Program-made: the position numbers and the translations under genes
Origin: a virus
Taxonomy: Duplodnaviria > Caudoviricetes
Length of the DNA stretch: 60,107 nucleotides
Strand: one strand, 5' to 3'
Virus record (IMG/VR): IMGVR_UViG_3300005613_000072
Span: 1 to 60,107 of that record
Part shown: piece by piece, positions 30,867 through 41,019 of the stretch
Layout of the letters: every line of letters begins with the position of its first letter
Numbering within the stretch: the first letter of the stretch is position 1
Notes under the pieces: model-generated
What the model saw: the letters and a program-made list of their open reading frames with translations, nothing else
What the model was told of the DNA's origin: nothing
The model's database searches: none

Positions 30867-31184
30867 TTGCCGAAATTATATGAAGTAGCGGGACAGAAAG
30901 TATGGCTTTACAAAAAGAACGAAGTATCAAAAATGTTTGGATTATCCAAAACTTTTCTAAGCTACTTAACAAAGGAAGGCGCTATCCCAGAGACGCCTTT
31001 AACTGATTCAGATCAGCTAAAATCACGCCTATATTGTTGGGCACAGTTAGAGCCAATTGTACGTATTTGTGCTTGGCATAATCTAACTAAGCGCCAGAAA
31101 AAAACAGCCTACAAAGAAATTTTAGAAGAATGGAAAAAGATTCCATTATTTGCTGGTTTAACCGATGAAGATTTTTCGCGTTAA
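30867..31184 (+). CDS. MerR/excisionase-like HTH DNA-binding protein
   Basis: EVSKMFGLSKTFLSYLTKEGAIP...RLY pattern. Confidence 0.6.
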   Translation: MPKLYEVAGQKVWLYKKNEVSKMFGLSKTFLSYLTKEGAIPETPLTDSDQLKSRLYCWAQLEPIVRICAWHNLTKRQKKTAYKEILEEWKKIPLFAGLTDEDFSR

Positions 31185-31207
31185 CGCAACTGTTACTTTG
31201 TAGGGTA

Positions 31208-31236
31208 TTGACACGTAATAAAACTTATGGTATAAT
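31208..31236 (+). promoter_or_regulatory. Consensus sigma70-type promoter
   Basis: TTGACA-N17-TATAAT with TG extension. Confidence 0.88.
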
Positions 31237-31250
31237 AGTGGTGAAGTTGG

Positions 31251-31418
31251 ATGGACGAGAAAGATAAAAGAATGCTTCGGGAAACCATAAAAAAGATTTG
31301 GGAGAATAGGGGAATAACTATATTCTCTACATACGTTGAAGGATTCGATATCAGTGGTGCTGTAGATAGGTGGGAAAAAATTTTGGGAAAAATTTCATGG
31401 TGGAAAAGATTCTCGTAA
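31251..31418 (+). CDS. Small hypothetical protein (55 aa)
   Basis: Manual ORF MDEKDKRMLRETIKKIWENRG...WWKRFS filling the gap after the promoter. Confidence 0.5.
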   Translation: MDEKDKRMLRETIKKIWENRGITIFSTYVEGFDISGAVDRWEKILGKISWWKRFS

Positions 31419-31430
31419 AGGAGTGGTACA

Positions 31431-31706
31431 ATGTTGTATGTTAAAGACGGGCAAGTTGCAGAATTTTATGAATTTCTACAAGGCGAAGATGATGTTACAC
31501 TAAGTAACTGGGTAACGCTGTTAAGTAACCTGCTTAGTAGCAGGAAGGAACAATTACACGATGCTATTATTGAAGATGTTTTGTCTAAAGAAGACTTAGA
31601 AGAAATGGAAGCAGATTTGAAGGGCACAATATACGAAATTAACGAAATTAAGCAGGAACAAAAGCGGAGAAAGCTAAAGGAGGGTAATCATGAAGGGCAA
31701 TCATGA
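31431..31706 (+). CDS. Hypothetical protein
   Basis: ORF with AAGGAG RBS. Confidence 0.7.
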   Translation: MLYVKDGQVAEFYEFLQGEDDVTLSNWVTLLSNLLSSRKEQLHDAIIEDVLSKEDLEEMEADLKGTIYEINEIKQEQKRRKLKEGNHEGQS

Positions 31707-31905
31707 CGTAGGAAATTCTAAAGTAGGACTTAGTGTTGGGGTTACAATTAACCTTGGGAACTATGAATCTGCGCGTGTAGATGCTTGGGCAGAATTAGCC
31801 GTGAATGAGGGGGAAAAACCCGAAGATGTTTTTGAAAAGGTTAATACAATGCTGCAAGAACAGTTGAAGATTCGTTCCAAAGAAATGTTAGAACAATACA
31901 AATAA
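31690..31905 (+). CDS. Conserved phage hypothetical protein
   Basis: GVTINLGNYESARVD motif, recalled as common in phage replication regions. Confidence 0.7.
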   Translation: MKGNHDVGNSKVGLSVGVTINLGNYESARVDAWAELAVNEGEKPEDVFEKVNTMLQEQLKIRSKEMLEQYK

Positions 31906-31919
31906 GGAGATGATTTACT

Positions 31920-32558
31920 ATGGGTAATGCCTTCTCAACCGGTTGGAATAGTGTACACGAAGCAAAAACAAGCCTTTCTAATGGATTGTGGAATTTGTGG
32001 ATTCCGGCAGATGAAGCACGGGTTGTACATTTTCTTACGACAGAACCTATTACATACTACCAGCACGTGGTACGTGGAAGCAACGGAAAATGGGATCAGC
32101 ACATTTGTACACAAGATGACTGTCCTTACTGTAAACAGGGCGAACGAAAATCTTTTGTAGGCGCATTTTTAGTGCTTGTACGTGGATTCACTAATAACTC
32201 CGGAAAAGAAGTACCACCACAAGTTAGGATTTATACACCAACTATGCGTGTTTTGTCGCAGCTTGAAAAATTTCCGGAAGAAGCCGAAGTAGGAAGTCTT
32301 GATACAAATGACATTAGAATTTCCCGTATTGGTTCTGGTACAAGTACCACGTATAGTTTTATGCCGAGGATTGGTAAGTTGACTAACGAAGACAAGGAAC
32401 TTGTTAAACAAGCACTTGAAGTTGACGAGCTAACCCCAGAATCTTTGAAGAAAGTAATTGTAGCGCATCTTACGGAAGAGCTTGAAAATGCCAAGAAAGT
32501 TAATTCTACGCTTGAAACGAATTTTGAAGAATCTGATGATGAGGACATTCCGTTCTAA
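31920..32558 (+). CDS. Single-stranded DNA-binding protein (gp32-like)
   Basis: Zn motif H...C...CPYC, ISRIGSGTSTTYSF, and acidic tail DDEDIPF. Confidence 0.8.
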   Translation: MGNAFSTGWNSVHEAKTSLSNGLWNLWIPADEARVVHFLTTEPITYYQHVVRGSNGKWDQHICTQDDCPYCKQGERKSFVGAFLVLVRGFTNNSGKEVPPQVRIYTPTMRVLSQLEKFPEEAEVGSLDTNDIRISRIGSGTSTTYSFMPRIGKLTNEDKELVKQALEVDELTPESLKKVIVAHLTEELENAKKVNSTLETNFEESDDEDIPF

Positions 32559-33583
32559 TGAACGACATTGATGTTAGAAAGTTAGCGGAAAAACTTTCTA
32601 AACAGTTCAAAGGTTCCATTCGAGTAGGAAGCGATATTCCCCCGGTAGAAAAGTTGTCTACCGGGGTGGATATTATCGACATTAAGACTGGTGGTGGATT
32701 GCCCTTTGGTAGAACAATTGAAATTTTTGGGAAAGAAAGCTCCGGAAAAAGTTGGCTATCATATCAAATCATTAGACAAGCACAACAACGCGGAATTATT
32801 CCAGCCTTAGTAGATGCCGAAAACGCCTTTGACCCGGAATGGGTTGCAAAGATGGGCGTAGACTTAGACAAGCTAATTTATTTATCCCCAGAAAATGCCG
32901 AAGAAGGTATTGATATTATCACCAAGCTACTAAATGAAAATGTAACCAGCCTAATTGTATTAGATTCTATCGATGCTTTAGCCCCAGACGTTGAGATTAA
33001 TTCGTCCGCAGCTAATGCTCAAATGGCTACAAAGGCTAAATTAATTAATAAAGGTTTGCGTGTATGGACAAGCCGTATTAATGTATCTAAACTTGATCCA
33101 AAACCGATGTTAATTTTTATCAACCAGTTACGGGATGCTATGGTTTTATATGGCAACCCAACAACCACCCCTGGTGGTAGGGGATTAAAGTTCTACGCAA
33201 GCATTAGATTAGAACTAAACCGCGGAAAACGTAAAGAAGATAGTGCCGGTGGTAAGTATCAAGAAGTAAATTTTGGCGTAGAAAAAAACAAGGTTGGAAT
33301 TCCTTTCAAGCGTGGTTCTTATCGACTATACGTTGAAGATGGATTAAAACCTGCTGGAACGTATGATGATAAAGAAGAAATTATCGCCGAGGCACAAGTT
33401 AAGGGAATTATTAATGAAGGATCATGGATTAACTATAAAGGCGAACAATATCATGGAAAAACAAAACTTACGGAATACTTTATAGCTAATCCGGACAAGT
33501 ACGCAGAGTTTTTGGAGGAGTTTTATGGACAAAAACGACAGCAAAGTACAGGAGAAGAGACTTGCGAATCTTCTATCGGGTAG
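32558..33583 (+). CDS. recA: RecA/UvsX-like recombinase
   Basis: GGGLPFGR, GKESSGKS, VLDSI, FINQLR and GGRGLKFYAS motifs. Confidence 0.95.
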   Translation: MNDIDVRKLAEKLSKQFKGSIRVGSDIPPVEKLSTGVDIIDIKTGGGLPFGRTIEIFGKESSGKSWLSYQIIRQAQQRGIIPALVDAENAFDPEWVAKMGVDLDKLIYLSPENAEEGIDIITKLLNENVTSLIVLDSIDALAPDVEINSSAANAQMATKAKLINKGLRVWTSRINVSKLDPKPMLIFINQLRDAMVLYGNPTTTPGGRGLKFYASIRLELNRGKRKEDSAGGKYQEVNFGVEKNKVGIPFKRGSYRLYVEDGLKPAGTYDDKEEIIAEAQVKGIINEGSWINYKGEQYHGKTKLTEYFIANPDKYAEFLEEFYGQKRQQSTGEETCESSIG

Positions 33584-33827
33584 AAAAACTATAGCTTCTG
33601 GAGCTTTGAAAATTGACCAAGGCGACGTAGAAACTAATGACTACCTTATAGAATGTAAAATTACCGGAAAAAAATCTTTTTCGATTAAAAACGATACCTT
33701 GGAAAAGATCAGAGTAGAAGCCTTACGAAAAGGAAAGACCGGAATAATGCACATCGACATATCAGGAAATAGAATGTTTGTTATTCCTGAACACGAATTT
33801 CTAAGACTTCTGGAGGAGTTAAAATGA
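33525..33827 (+). CDS. PD-(D/E)XK nuclease, putative Holliday junction resolvase
   Basis: QEKR...SGA...GDV...IECK motif. Confidence 0.75.
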   Translation: MDKNDSKVQEKRLANLLSGRKTIASGALKIDQGDVETNDYLIECKITGKKSFSIKNDTLEKIRVEALRKGKTGIMHIDISGNRMFVIPEHEFLRLLEELK

Positions 33828-33894
33828 ATCATCATGAATACTTGTTATTTCAAAACAAATTACAATACCGTAAACCAAGAAGGTAGGCGATACT

Positions 33895-34305
33895 ATGATT
33901 TTTTATACCGTTGATAAACTTAGTCCCGAAAAAGGTTATGAGTTTGATGCCGGATTTGATTTGAAAGCCGGTGAAACTGTTACCCTGCAGCCCGGTGAGA
34001 TTCGTGCTATTGGTACAGGGATATCTTTGCGTATCCCAAAAGGAAATGTAGGGCTTGTAAAAGAACGTAGCTCTATGGCACTTGAAGGTATTTTTGTGCA
34101 CGGCGGAGTTATTGACAGTGGGTACGACGGGGAAATTAAAGTAATCATGCATAATAGTACCAATCAAGAGTATAAAATTGAAATTTACCAACGTATTGCA
34201 CAACTGCTTATTTTGCCCGTAAGAGTTAGTATGCCAATGCGAAAAGGCGCAGCACCACAGGTACACCTACGCGGCGAAAACGGCTTTGGAAGCACCGGGA
34301 AATGA
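33895..34305 (+). CDS. dut: Trimeric dUTPase
   Basis: AGFDL, RSS, GVIDSGYDGE, RIAQL and RGENGFGSTG motifs. Confidence 0.95.
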   Translation: MIFYTVDKLSPEKGYEFDAGFDLKAGETVTLQPGEIRAIGTGISLRIPKGNVGLVKERSSMALEGIFVHGGVIDSGYDGEIKVIMHNSTNQEYKIEIYQRIAQLLILPVRVSMPMRKGAAPQVHLRGENGFGSTGK

Positions 34306-35048
34306 TTCGCGATAAAATATTAAAGACGCCGTCTATCAAAGTTATTATTGATGACTTTATTGATAAACGCAATGCAGAAAATGGCCGCGAAAAAACACCC
34401 TTCTTTTTTCACCCGTACTTTTTTAACCTGAATTGCCAGAGGCAGCAGCAGTTCTATTATTTAGAAAGCTCGCTAAATCTAAAGTTTAGGACTAAAAATT
34501 CCGGGGTAAATGCTCAACTTCAAAGAATTTTTGACAATGGTTCAAGTATGCATATAAGGTGGCAGAAGTACTTAGAAGATGCTGGTATACTTGTAGAAGC
34601 AGAACATAGATTTATTGACCAAGTAAACAGAATTTCCGGATATATTGATGCCATAGTGGTAGTAAATAACATTAAGTATATTGTTGAATTAAAATCTATT
34701 AATCATTTTTCTTTCCAAAAGCTAAAAGAGCCTAAACCAGAGCATTGTATACAAGTACAGCTCTATAGTATGGTAACAGGGTTAGACTGTTTTGTTTTAT
34801 ATGAAAACAAGAATACCCAAGAAGTGAAAGAATTTTTTGTGCGAAAAAATGAAGATGTTGTTAAGCAAATCAAAAGCCTAATGTTTACTATTAAAGAAAG
34901 CCCTAATATACAAATCATACTACCGAAAACAGACCAAATTAACCTATGCCAGTCCTGTAGGTACATGGATATTTGTTATAGGCATCCAGACGCAACTTTT
35001 AACGATATTTTTGATGCAAACAAACTTAAGGAGATGGAAGAATTATGA
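34302..35048 (+). CDS. Cas4-like PD-(D/E)XK exonuclease
   Basis: C.RQ, G...H, GYIDA, VELKS, QVQLY and C-terminal CxxCxYxxxC. Confidence 0.85.
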   Translation: MIRDKILKTPSIKVIIDDFIDKRNAENGREKTPFFFHPYFFNLNCQRQQQFYYLESSLNLKFRTKNSGVNAQLQRIFDNGSSMHIRWQKYLEDAGILVEAEHRFIDQVNRISGYIDAIVVVNNIKYIVELKSINHFSFQKLKEPKPEHCIQVQLYSMVTGLDCFVLYENKNTQEVKEFFVRKNEDVVKQIKSLMFTIKESPNIQIILPKTDQINLCQSCRYMDICYRHPDATFNDIFDANKLKEMEEL

Positions 35049-35302
35049 AAAACTATTACACTATGACGGGTGTTGATGAAAGATTTTTTAATGAGTTTTA
35101 CTGGGAGGTAAACCGCAAACAAGAAGATGGGTCTGTAAAAACTATCACAAGAACCGGGAAGGTAATTGAAACCCGAAATACAGATGGATTAGAGTCCTAC
35201 TCTATCTTTGTTAAATTCGGAACAAGCTGGCAATACTACTGTCCTTCAGACTACTTGGAGTATATTGAAGATTCAATTTTCTTTGAAAAAGAAGGTGAGT
35301 AG
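35045..35302 (+). CDS. Hypothetical protein
   Basis: Coupled ORF. Confidence 0.65.
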   Translation: MKNYYTMTGVDERFFNEFYWEVNRKQEDGSVKTITRTGKVIETRNTDGLESYSIFVKFGTSWQYYCPSDYLEYIEDSIFFEKEGE

Positions 35303-35770
35303 ATGCTAAAAGAAACCGTGTTAGCTAAATTAGAACAGTCGGGGGTGCCTATACCTACTAAACCAAAGAAAGCTACCACGGAATTATTTGATGTGTTAGC
35401 AGATTTATCAGAAGTGCCGGATAGTATGCTCGGAGATATACACGCAAAATTTGCTTCTTGGTATTGTTATGCAAACTACCTATTGCTAAGAGCTAACCTG
35501 GACAAGATGGGAAACGAGAGCAACTACACGGCTAATTTTAATCAGGCGCTTTTGAATATTGATCCGGATTCTGTGAAAAACGTAACTGAAAGAAAAGCTA
35601 TCGCCGCAACCAAAACACAGAAGGTTAATGATAAATTACAGGAGGCGGTAGCATCGTGTATGGCTTTAGAGACTATCGTAGAAAACTTAGAGCTTGCGAT
35701 GAAGACAATTTCAAGGGAAATTTCCCGAAGACAATTCGTGTATTCAGCAGCGCACAATCTATCAATGTAA
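35303..35770 (+). CDS. Coiled-coil protein, possibly a UvsY-like recombination mediator
   Basis: Helical 155-aa protein ending ISREISRR in the recombination module. The function is a guess. Confidence 0.45.
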   Translation: MLKETVLAKLEQSGVPIPTKPKKATTELFDVLADLSEVPDSMLGDIHAKFASWYCYANYLLLRANLDKMGNESNYTANFNQALLNIDPDSVKNVTERKAIAATKTQKVNDKLQEAVASCMALETIVENLELAMKTISREISRRQFVYSAAHNLSM

Positions 35771-36258
35771 GAACTAAGGGTAATATGTATGAAAGAAAGA
35801 TTGCAAAAATGTTTGACGAAGTTTTTGGGTTTAAGTTTGCGCGAACCCCTAATTCTGGTGGTCTATACTTAAAAGGAGATATAATGCCGGAAGATAGAAC
35901 GATCGATTTTCCTTTTGTCGTTGAATGCAAGAACCACAAACTTCTTGCTATAAATAGCTGGGAACGCCAGCTTTTAGGCGACATGGAACGCACGGGAAAA
36001 CTCGGCGTCCTTATTTTTCACAGGTACAATACCAGTGAAGACTACGGGTATCTTCCGGCTTTTTCTTATAATCTTAGCGATGAAAAACTTGACTATCATA
36101 AAGCAACTTTTTACGATAAGTTAACCACCGGAAAAATTTACAGATTCAAAGAAGGGTATATAGCGACGGTTAAAAAGATTCTATTGGCGATGAAGTACTT
36201 TTACGAAAAGAGGGATGATTATGGCTATTTCACAACAAAAGCTACCAAAAAAGATTGA
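35656..36258 (+). CDS. Second PD-(D/E)XK nuclease (Holliday junction resolvase / T5 D14-like)
   Basis: RTKG..YER...RTPNSGG...GDI...VECK motif. Start codon uncertain. Confidence 0.8.
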   Translation: MYGFRDYRRKLRACDEDNFKGNFPKTIRVFSSAQSINVRTKGNMYERKIAKMFDEVFGFKFARTPNSGGLYLKGDIMPEDRTIDFPFVVECKNHKLLAINSWERQLLGDMERTGKLGVLIFHRYNTSEDYGYLPAFSYNLSDEKLDYHKATFYDKLTTGKIYRFKEGYIATVKKILLAMKYFYEKRDDYGYFTTKATKKD

Positions 36259-36568
36259 CATTATGGGTGTTGAATACTCTATTGTTGTGCGGGATTTATC
36301 CAAAGAGACTGAAGAAGAGATTAGTAAAGCTGTAGGATTAGATGATAGTATTGAATATTCTATCCAAGGGCTTTGTGAATATAACGACGCACGAATTTCT
36401 ATCAGCGATAAACTCAAGAATAAAGACGTAGTATTTTCCGTCTTGTATCATGAGGTTGTGCACGCACTGATGTTTGCGCTTGGTATGAATACCGAAGACG
36501 AGCACACTGTACAAGCTTTGTCTCAAGGATTGCTGCAAGTTTGTAAAGCTAACGGGTGGTTAAAGTGA
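36215..36568 (+). CDS. HEXXH zinc metallopeptidase-like protein
   Basis: LYHEVVHAL...E motif. Confidence 0.75.
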   Translation: MIMAISQQKLPKKIDIMGVEYSIVVRDLSKETEEEISKAVGLDDSIEYSIQGLCEYNDARISISDKLKNKDVVFSVLYHEVVHALMFALGMNTEDEHTVQALSQGLLQVCKANGWLK

Positions 36569-36813
36569 TTATTGGGGATATTAAGCACACTGTTTTAATT
36601 GGGCAAGAAGGGTGTGCTGCTTGTGAAAAAGTTAAACAAAATCTCGATCTTAAGGGTGAACCATATATTTACATAGATATTAATGATTTGCCAAAAAGTA
36701 TGTCAAAAGAAATTATACGCTGCAGAAAAGAAAATGGCGTTAAAAAAATCGGTGTTCCTTTAGTTATCCAGAACGGGGAACTTCGCATGGGTTTTGAAAA
36801 GTCTGATATGTAA
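36556..36813 (+). CDS. Glutaredoxin-like protein
   Basis: GCAACEK and GVPLVI...GF; directly upstream of the RNR gene. Confidence 0.75.
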   Translation: MVKVIIGDIKHTVLIGQEGCAACEKVKQNLDLKGEPYIYIDINDLPKSMSKEIIRCRKENGVKKIGVPLVIQNGELRMGFEKSDM

Positions 36814-36826
36814 AGAAGGCGGTACT

Positions 36827-39553
36827 GTGAAGGTACAAAAAAGAAACGGCAAGATTATTGATTTTGATGCTAATAAAATATCCAAAGCAATTATGCTCGC
36901 TATGGAAGATACGTTAGTTGGGGTAGACGAAGACTTAGCAATCGAAATTTCCGACGACGTAGTCAAAGAAGTTGCTTCCGAAATAGTTAGTGTTGACACC
37001 ATCCAGGACATGGTGGAATTACATCTTATGTCTTCGGATCGTAAAGACGTAGCTAAGGCTTACATTTTATACCGCGAAAAACGTGATAGGGAACGTCAAC
37101 CAAAGAAAAAACCGGGGATTCTCAGCGAAGAATTTCTCGCGAAGTATAAACACCAAAATCCGTTCCCAACGCAATTAGGCCAGTTTGTGTATTACAGGAC
37201 TTACTCGCGATGGCTTCCGGATAAGAACAGAAGGGAGCAATGGTGGGAAACAGTTAGACGCGCTGTAGAGTATAATTGCTCACTTATTCCTGGGGTTACT
37301 AAAGCGGAAGCTGAAGCTTTATATGATAATGTTTTTAACTTAAGGCTGTTTTTATCCGGGCGTACCTTATGGACTGGTGGAACAGAAGTATCTGCAAAAT
37401 TTCCAAGCAGCTCTTTTAATTGTGCTTTTACCGTAGTGGATAGCTTTAGTTCTTTTGTAGACTTATTCTATCTACTAATGGTAGGAACCGGGTGCGGTAT
37501 TAGGGTATTGCCAGAAGATGTTAGCAAGCTACCAAAAGTACGGACAAACGCGGAAATTATTCATTCTGCATACCAGCCGGTAGCCAAGAAAGAGCGCGTA
37601 GATTTTACGACACTTAGTTTCCCAGCTACTAATATCGCAAAAATTACTGTTGGTGATAGCAAGGAAGGCTGGAAAAATTCCCTTAAGTATTATTTTGAAC
37701 TGCTTACAGCAAGCGAATATGCTGGAATTAACACTATTGTTATAAATTATGACAATGTACGCCCCAAAGGTGAACGTTTACAGACTTTTGGCGGAAAAGC
37801 TTCCGGGCATTCTTCCTTGCAGAATATGTATAAAAAAATTGACCGTGTTATTAAGGGTTATAATACACCGCGGGCAAAACTTAGACCTATTGATTGTATT
37901 GATATTGCCAATATAATTGGTGAAAACGTTACTGTTGGCGGTATTAGACGAACTTCGGAAATTTGTTTAGTATCCCCAGAAGATACTGATTCCATCAATG
38001 CGAAACAAAAATTATATGAATTTATTGATGGCGAATACAAGGTAAACGAGTCTTTGTTACATCGACAGATGTCAAATAATAGCATCTACTACACTGAAAA
38101 ACCTACGCGGGAACAGCTACACGCCCAGTTAGAAAAGATAAAACTTTCTGGAGAGCCCGGATTTGTAAATGCAGAAGCGGCTAAGAAACGTAGAAAAGAT
38201 TTCCACGGCGTAAACCCATGTTTTACCGGAGACATGAAACTAAAAACCGGGGAAGGTTATGAAAGATTTGATGTGTTAGCTAAACAGGGCGAAGGTAAAG
38301 AAAAAGGCTTGTGCAGGGTAGTTAACCACCTTGGATTAGCTACGGATGGAAAAGTATGGTATACCGGTGTAAAAGAAACTGTAGAAGTTGCTTTTGAAAA
38401 TGGCACCAAGATTAAGTGTACCCCCGACCATCAATTTATGCTCTATACCGGAAAACTTTGTAAAGCAGAAAATTTGGCGGGAAAAAAAGTTCTACGATAT
38501 CGTATGGATACACCCGTAAAAGTTCTTTCTGTAACCCCGAATGGCAAGGCTAAAGTCTATGATTTCACAGAACCATCTGCACACTTGGGGGTCGTAGAGG
38601 GTATTATCGTGCATAATTGTGCGGAAGTACTTCTTGCCGACAAAGGCACCTGTAACTTAACTTCTCTAAATGTAGCAGCATTTGTTAAAGACGGTGTTTT
38701 AGACATGGAGTATCTTTTAGCTGCGCAAGTTTTATCCGCAAGAGCTGGATATCGCATGACTAACGTTGAAATGGAGCTACACGATTGGGACTACGTACAA
38801 CGTAGGGATAGACTAACTGGTTGTTCTTTAATGGGGTGGCAAGACCTTGTAAATATGTTAGGGCTATCTAAAGCCAAGGAAAAAGAAATACTTTCAAGCC
38901 TACGTTATACGGCTAAAACAGCTGCTGAAGCTTACGCCGACGAAGCCGGTTTACCTAAGCCGTTGTTAACCACGGTTCAAAAACCAGAAGGTTCTTTGGC
39001 ACAACTCCCTACGGTATCATCTGGTATTCACTATCAGCATTCTGAGTACTTTATTCGTAGGGTTAGAATTAGTGCAACCGATCCATTAGTAAAAGTAGCC
39101 GAAGAACTTGGGTGGATTGTAGAAAATGAAGTGGGGCAAACAGACGAAAACTGCACTATAAAAGTTATTTCCTTCCCTGTAAAAGCACCAGCTGGTAGGA
39201 ATAAGTACGATGTAACGGCAATTGAGCAGCTTGAAAACTACAAAATGTTTATGGAAAACTATGTAGAGCAAAACACATCTATTACCGTTAGTGTGAAAGA
39301 ACATGAATGGGAAGATGTTGAACAGTGGTTATGGGATAACTGGGATGAAGTAATTGCTGTATCATTTCTAAACTTAGATAATTCTTTTTATCAACTAATG
39401 CCATACGAAAAAATTTCGCGCGAAAAGTATTTAGAAATGTCATCAAGCATAAAACCATTCACCCCGTCTCTTCTGTCAAAATATGAAACGGAAGAAATTG
39501 AATTAGATGTTGGTGATGAAGGATGCGAAACAGGCGTATGTCCTATACGTTAG
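36827..39553 (+). CDS. nrdJ: Class II (adenosylcobalamin) ribonucleotide reductase with ATP cone and intein
   Basis: ATP cone (VQKRNG...FDANKI), YYRTYSR, GR.LW.GG, NP[intein]CAE, KPEGS and C-terminal CETGVCPIR. Confidence 0.93.
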   Translation: MKVQKRNGKIIDFDANKISKAIMLAMEDTLVGVDEDLAIEISDDVVKEVASEIVSVDTIQDMVELHLMSSDRKDVAKAYILYREKRDRERQPKKKPGILSEEFLAKYKHQNPFPTQLGQFVYYRTYSRWLPDKNRREQWWETVRRAVEYNCSLIPGVTKAEAEALYDNVFNLRLFLSGRTLWTGGTEVSAKFPSSSFNCAFTVVDSFSSFVDLFYLLMVGTGCGIRVLPEDVSKLPKVRTNAEIIHSAYQPVAKKERVDFTTLSFPATNIAKITVGDSKEGWKNSLKYYFELLTASEYAGINTIVINYDNVRPKGERLQTFGGKASGHSSLQNMYKKIDRVIKGYNTPRAKLRPIDCIDIANIIGENVTVGGIRRTSEICLVSPEDTDSINAKQKLYEFIDGEYKVNESLLHRQMSNNSIYYTEKPTREQLHAQLEKIKLSGEPGFVNAEAAKKRRKDFHGVNPCFTGDMKLKTGEGYERFDVLAKQGEGKEKGLCRVVNHLGLATDGKVWYTGVKETVEVAFENGTKIKCTPDHQFMLYTGKLCKAENLAGKKVLRYRMDTPVKVLSVTPNGKAKVYDFTEPSAHLGVVEGIIVHNCAEVLLADKGTCNLTSLNVAAFVKDGVLDMEYLLAAQVLSARAGYRMTNVEMELHDWDYVQRRDRLTGCSLMGWQDLVNMLGLSKAKEKEILSSLRYTAKTAAEAYADEAGLPKPLLTTVQKPEGSLAQLPTVSSGIHYQHSEYFIRRVRISATDPLVKVAEELGWIVENEVGQTDENCTIKVISFPVKAPAGRNKYDVTAIEQLENYKMFMENYVEQNTSITVSVKEHEWEDVEQWLWDNWDEVIAVSFLNLDNSFYQLMPYEKISREKYLEMSSSIKPFTPSLLSKYETEEIELDVGDEGCETGVCPIR
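38219..38617 (+). mobile_element. Mini-intein (133 aa) in NrdJ
   Basis: Begins CFTGD, contains CTPDHQF (block B), ends VYDF...IIVHN followed by Cys. No homing endonuclease. Confidence 0.92.
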
Positions 39554-39921
39554 AGGAATACCCCACAATAAATTTAATAGCAGATTACTTACTTCGTATC
39601 AAATATGAGCCTGAACCTGAAGCTATTGTTGAAGCTATTGGGCTTGGTTTACACTCTGGTTTTGACTTATACGGAATCAAAGTGTTTGCTGAGCCCTTAG
39701 CGGCAGCAATTATATACATGTGCGATAATGAGTATCCAGAAGACTTACTTGAGCACTTCGTTAGTATTTGCGAAGTAGCCAAACTAACAACCAAACGCGC
39801 GGAAATGGATAAAACAATTGATAGCTTGTATGAATATCATGATACGCCATCAAAAGATATTTTTATTAAACTTATCATGCACTTATTTAACTATGTCTTT
39901 TTAGTTGATATAAACGCATAA
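39523..39921 (+). CDS. Hypothetical protein
   Basis: ORF in operon. Confidence 0.6.
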   Translation: MRNRRMSYTLEEYPTINLIADYLLRIKYEPEPEAIVEAIGLGLHSGFDLYGIKVFAEPLAAAIIYMCDNEYPEDLLEHFVSICEVAKLTTKRAEMDKTIDSLYEYHDTPSKDIFIKLIMHLFNYVFLVDINA

Positions 39922-39939
39922 CGAAAAGAGGTTTCAACT

Positions 39940-40224
39940 ATGGAAAAGGTATCAAACTGTAAAGCGAGAAAAGTGCGTGCCGAGATACTCGCAGATATTT
40001 TTGCGCAAGAAATTTATAGCCATGAAATAATCCTAAAGTTTTTGACGTCTTCAATATTTGACACGGCTGATTTTGATCAAGTATCAGAATTAGTAGATGT
40101 ACTTGAAGGTATTGGGGAAAGTTTACAAAAAGCGCAGACGTCAATGCAAAATTTTACCCAGAAAGAAAGCGACAACTACTACCGTAGTTTAGTTGAAGCA
40201 AACGAAAAAGCCGGAAACTTTTAA
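39940..40224 (+). CDS. Hypothetical protein
   Basis: ORF with GAGG RBS. Confidence 0.65.
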   Translation: MEKVSNCKARKVRAEILADIFAQEIYSHEIILKFLTSSIFDTADFDQVSELVDVLEGIGESLQKAQTSMQNFTQKESDNYYRSLVEANEKAGNF

Positions 40225-40253
40225 TCTAAAACATCTTATAGGAGGAAAAAACT

Positions 40254-41012
40254 ATGTTAACTGATCTCGAAAAAATTATTACCGATGTGTATACTTTGTT
40301 GAAAAAGAAGAACAGTATGTATGGTGACACTAATATCGAAAAACATGGCGTTCAAGGGATCTTGATTCGTATGGACGATAAACTTTCTCGAATCAAGAAC
40401 CTACTTGGCAAAGACTACAAGGACGAAGAAACTATCATTGATACTGCTATGGATATGATTGGGTACCTTGTACACCTTATTCGACTGGAAAAGAAGGCAG
40501 AGAAACCCGCAGACAAAATTAGTGATATTATCCATAAGCTTGAAGGACTTTCTTCCGTAGAAAAACTTGAATTTTTGAAGCGCATTGATGAAGTTGTTTT
40601 GGGCGGCAAAAAGAAAATTTATAATGACAAGAAACGTCTGAAGCATAAAACAGAACTTCCTTACAAAGTAGAACCACAGAACAAGGTAGAACCAAGGAAA
40701 GAAAAAGCTAAAGAAAGTCCTAAATACGAAGAAGATGAAGGGTTTACTGTTATTACCTTTCCTAACAAAATCAGCACTGCTGAAGCTGTGCAGTTCTTTG
40801 CTGAATTCTATAGCGAGAGTAAAATTAAGTTTGACAACGAAAATAACATTCTTTACGTAGATGACGGGGTACTGCAAGCCGGGATTAAAGGGGATAAGAT
40901 TATTCTGAGTCTTCCAATGGATTATTTTGCAGATTCTTTTTTTGCGGAACTTATTGAGAAATATGGAATTACCGACGTAGAATCAACAAAATCCCATATT
41001 ACTATTAAGTGA
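40254..41012 (+). CDS. Nucleotide modification-associated domain 1 (DUF1599/Nmad1-like) protein with C-terminal extension
   Basis: KKKN..YG...IRMDDKLSRIKNL...E.IIDT.MD.IGY pattern. Confidence 0.75.
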   Translation: MLTDLEKIITDVYTLLKKKNSMYGDTNIEKHGVQGILIRMDDKLSRIKNLLGKDYKDEETIIDTAMDMIGYLVHLIRLEKKAEKPADKISDIIHKLEGLSSVEKLEFLKRIDEVVLGGKKKIYNDKKRLKHKTELPYKVEPQNKVEPRKEKAKESPKYEEDEGFTVITFPNKISTAEAVQFFAEFYSESKIKFDNENNILYVDDGVLQAGIKGDKIILSLPMDYFADSFFAELIEKYGITDVESTKSHITIK

Positions 41013-41019
41013 TATTGCT

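Noticed and set aside
34302-35048. Cas4 as evidence of a CRISPR-Cas system
   Set aside because: Solo Cas4-like nucleases are common in phage recombination modules; no cas1/cas2 or array is present.
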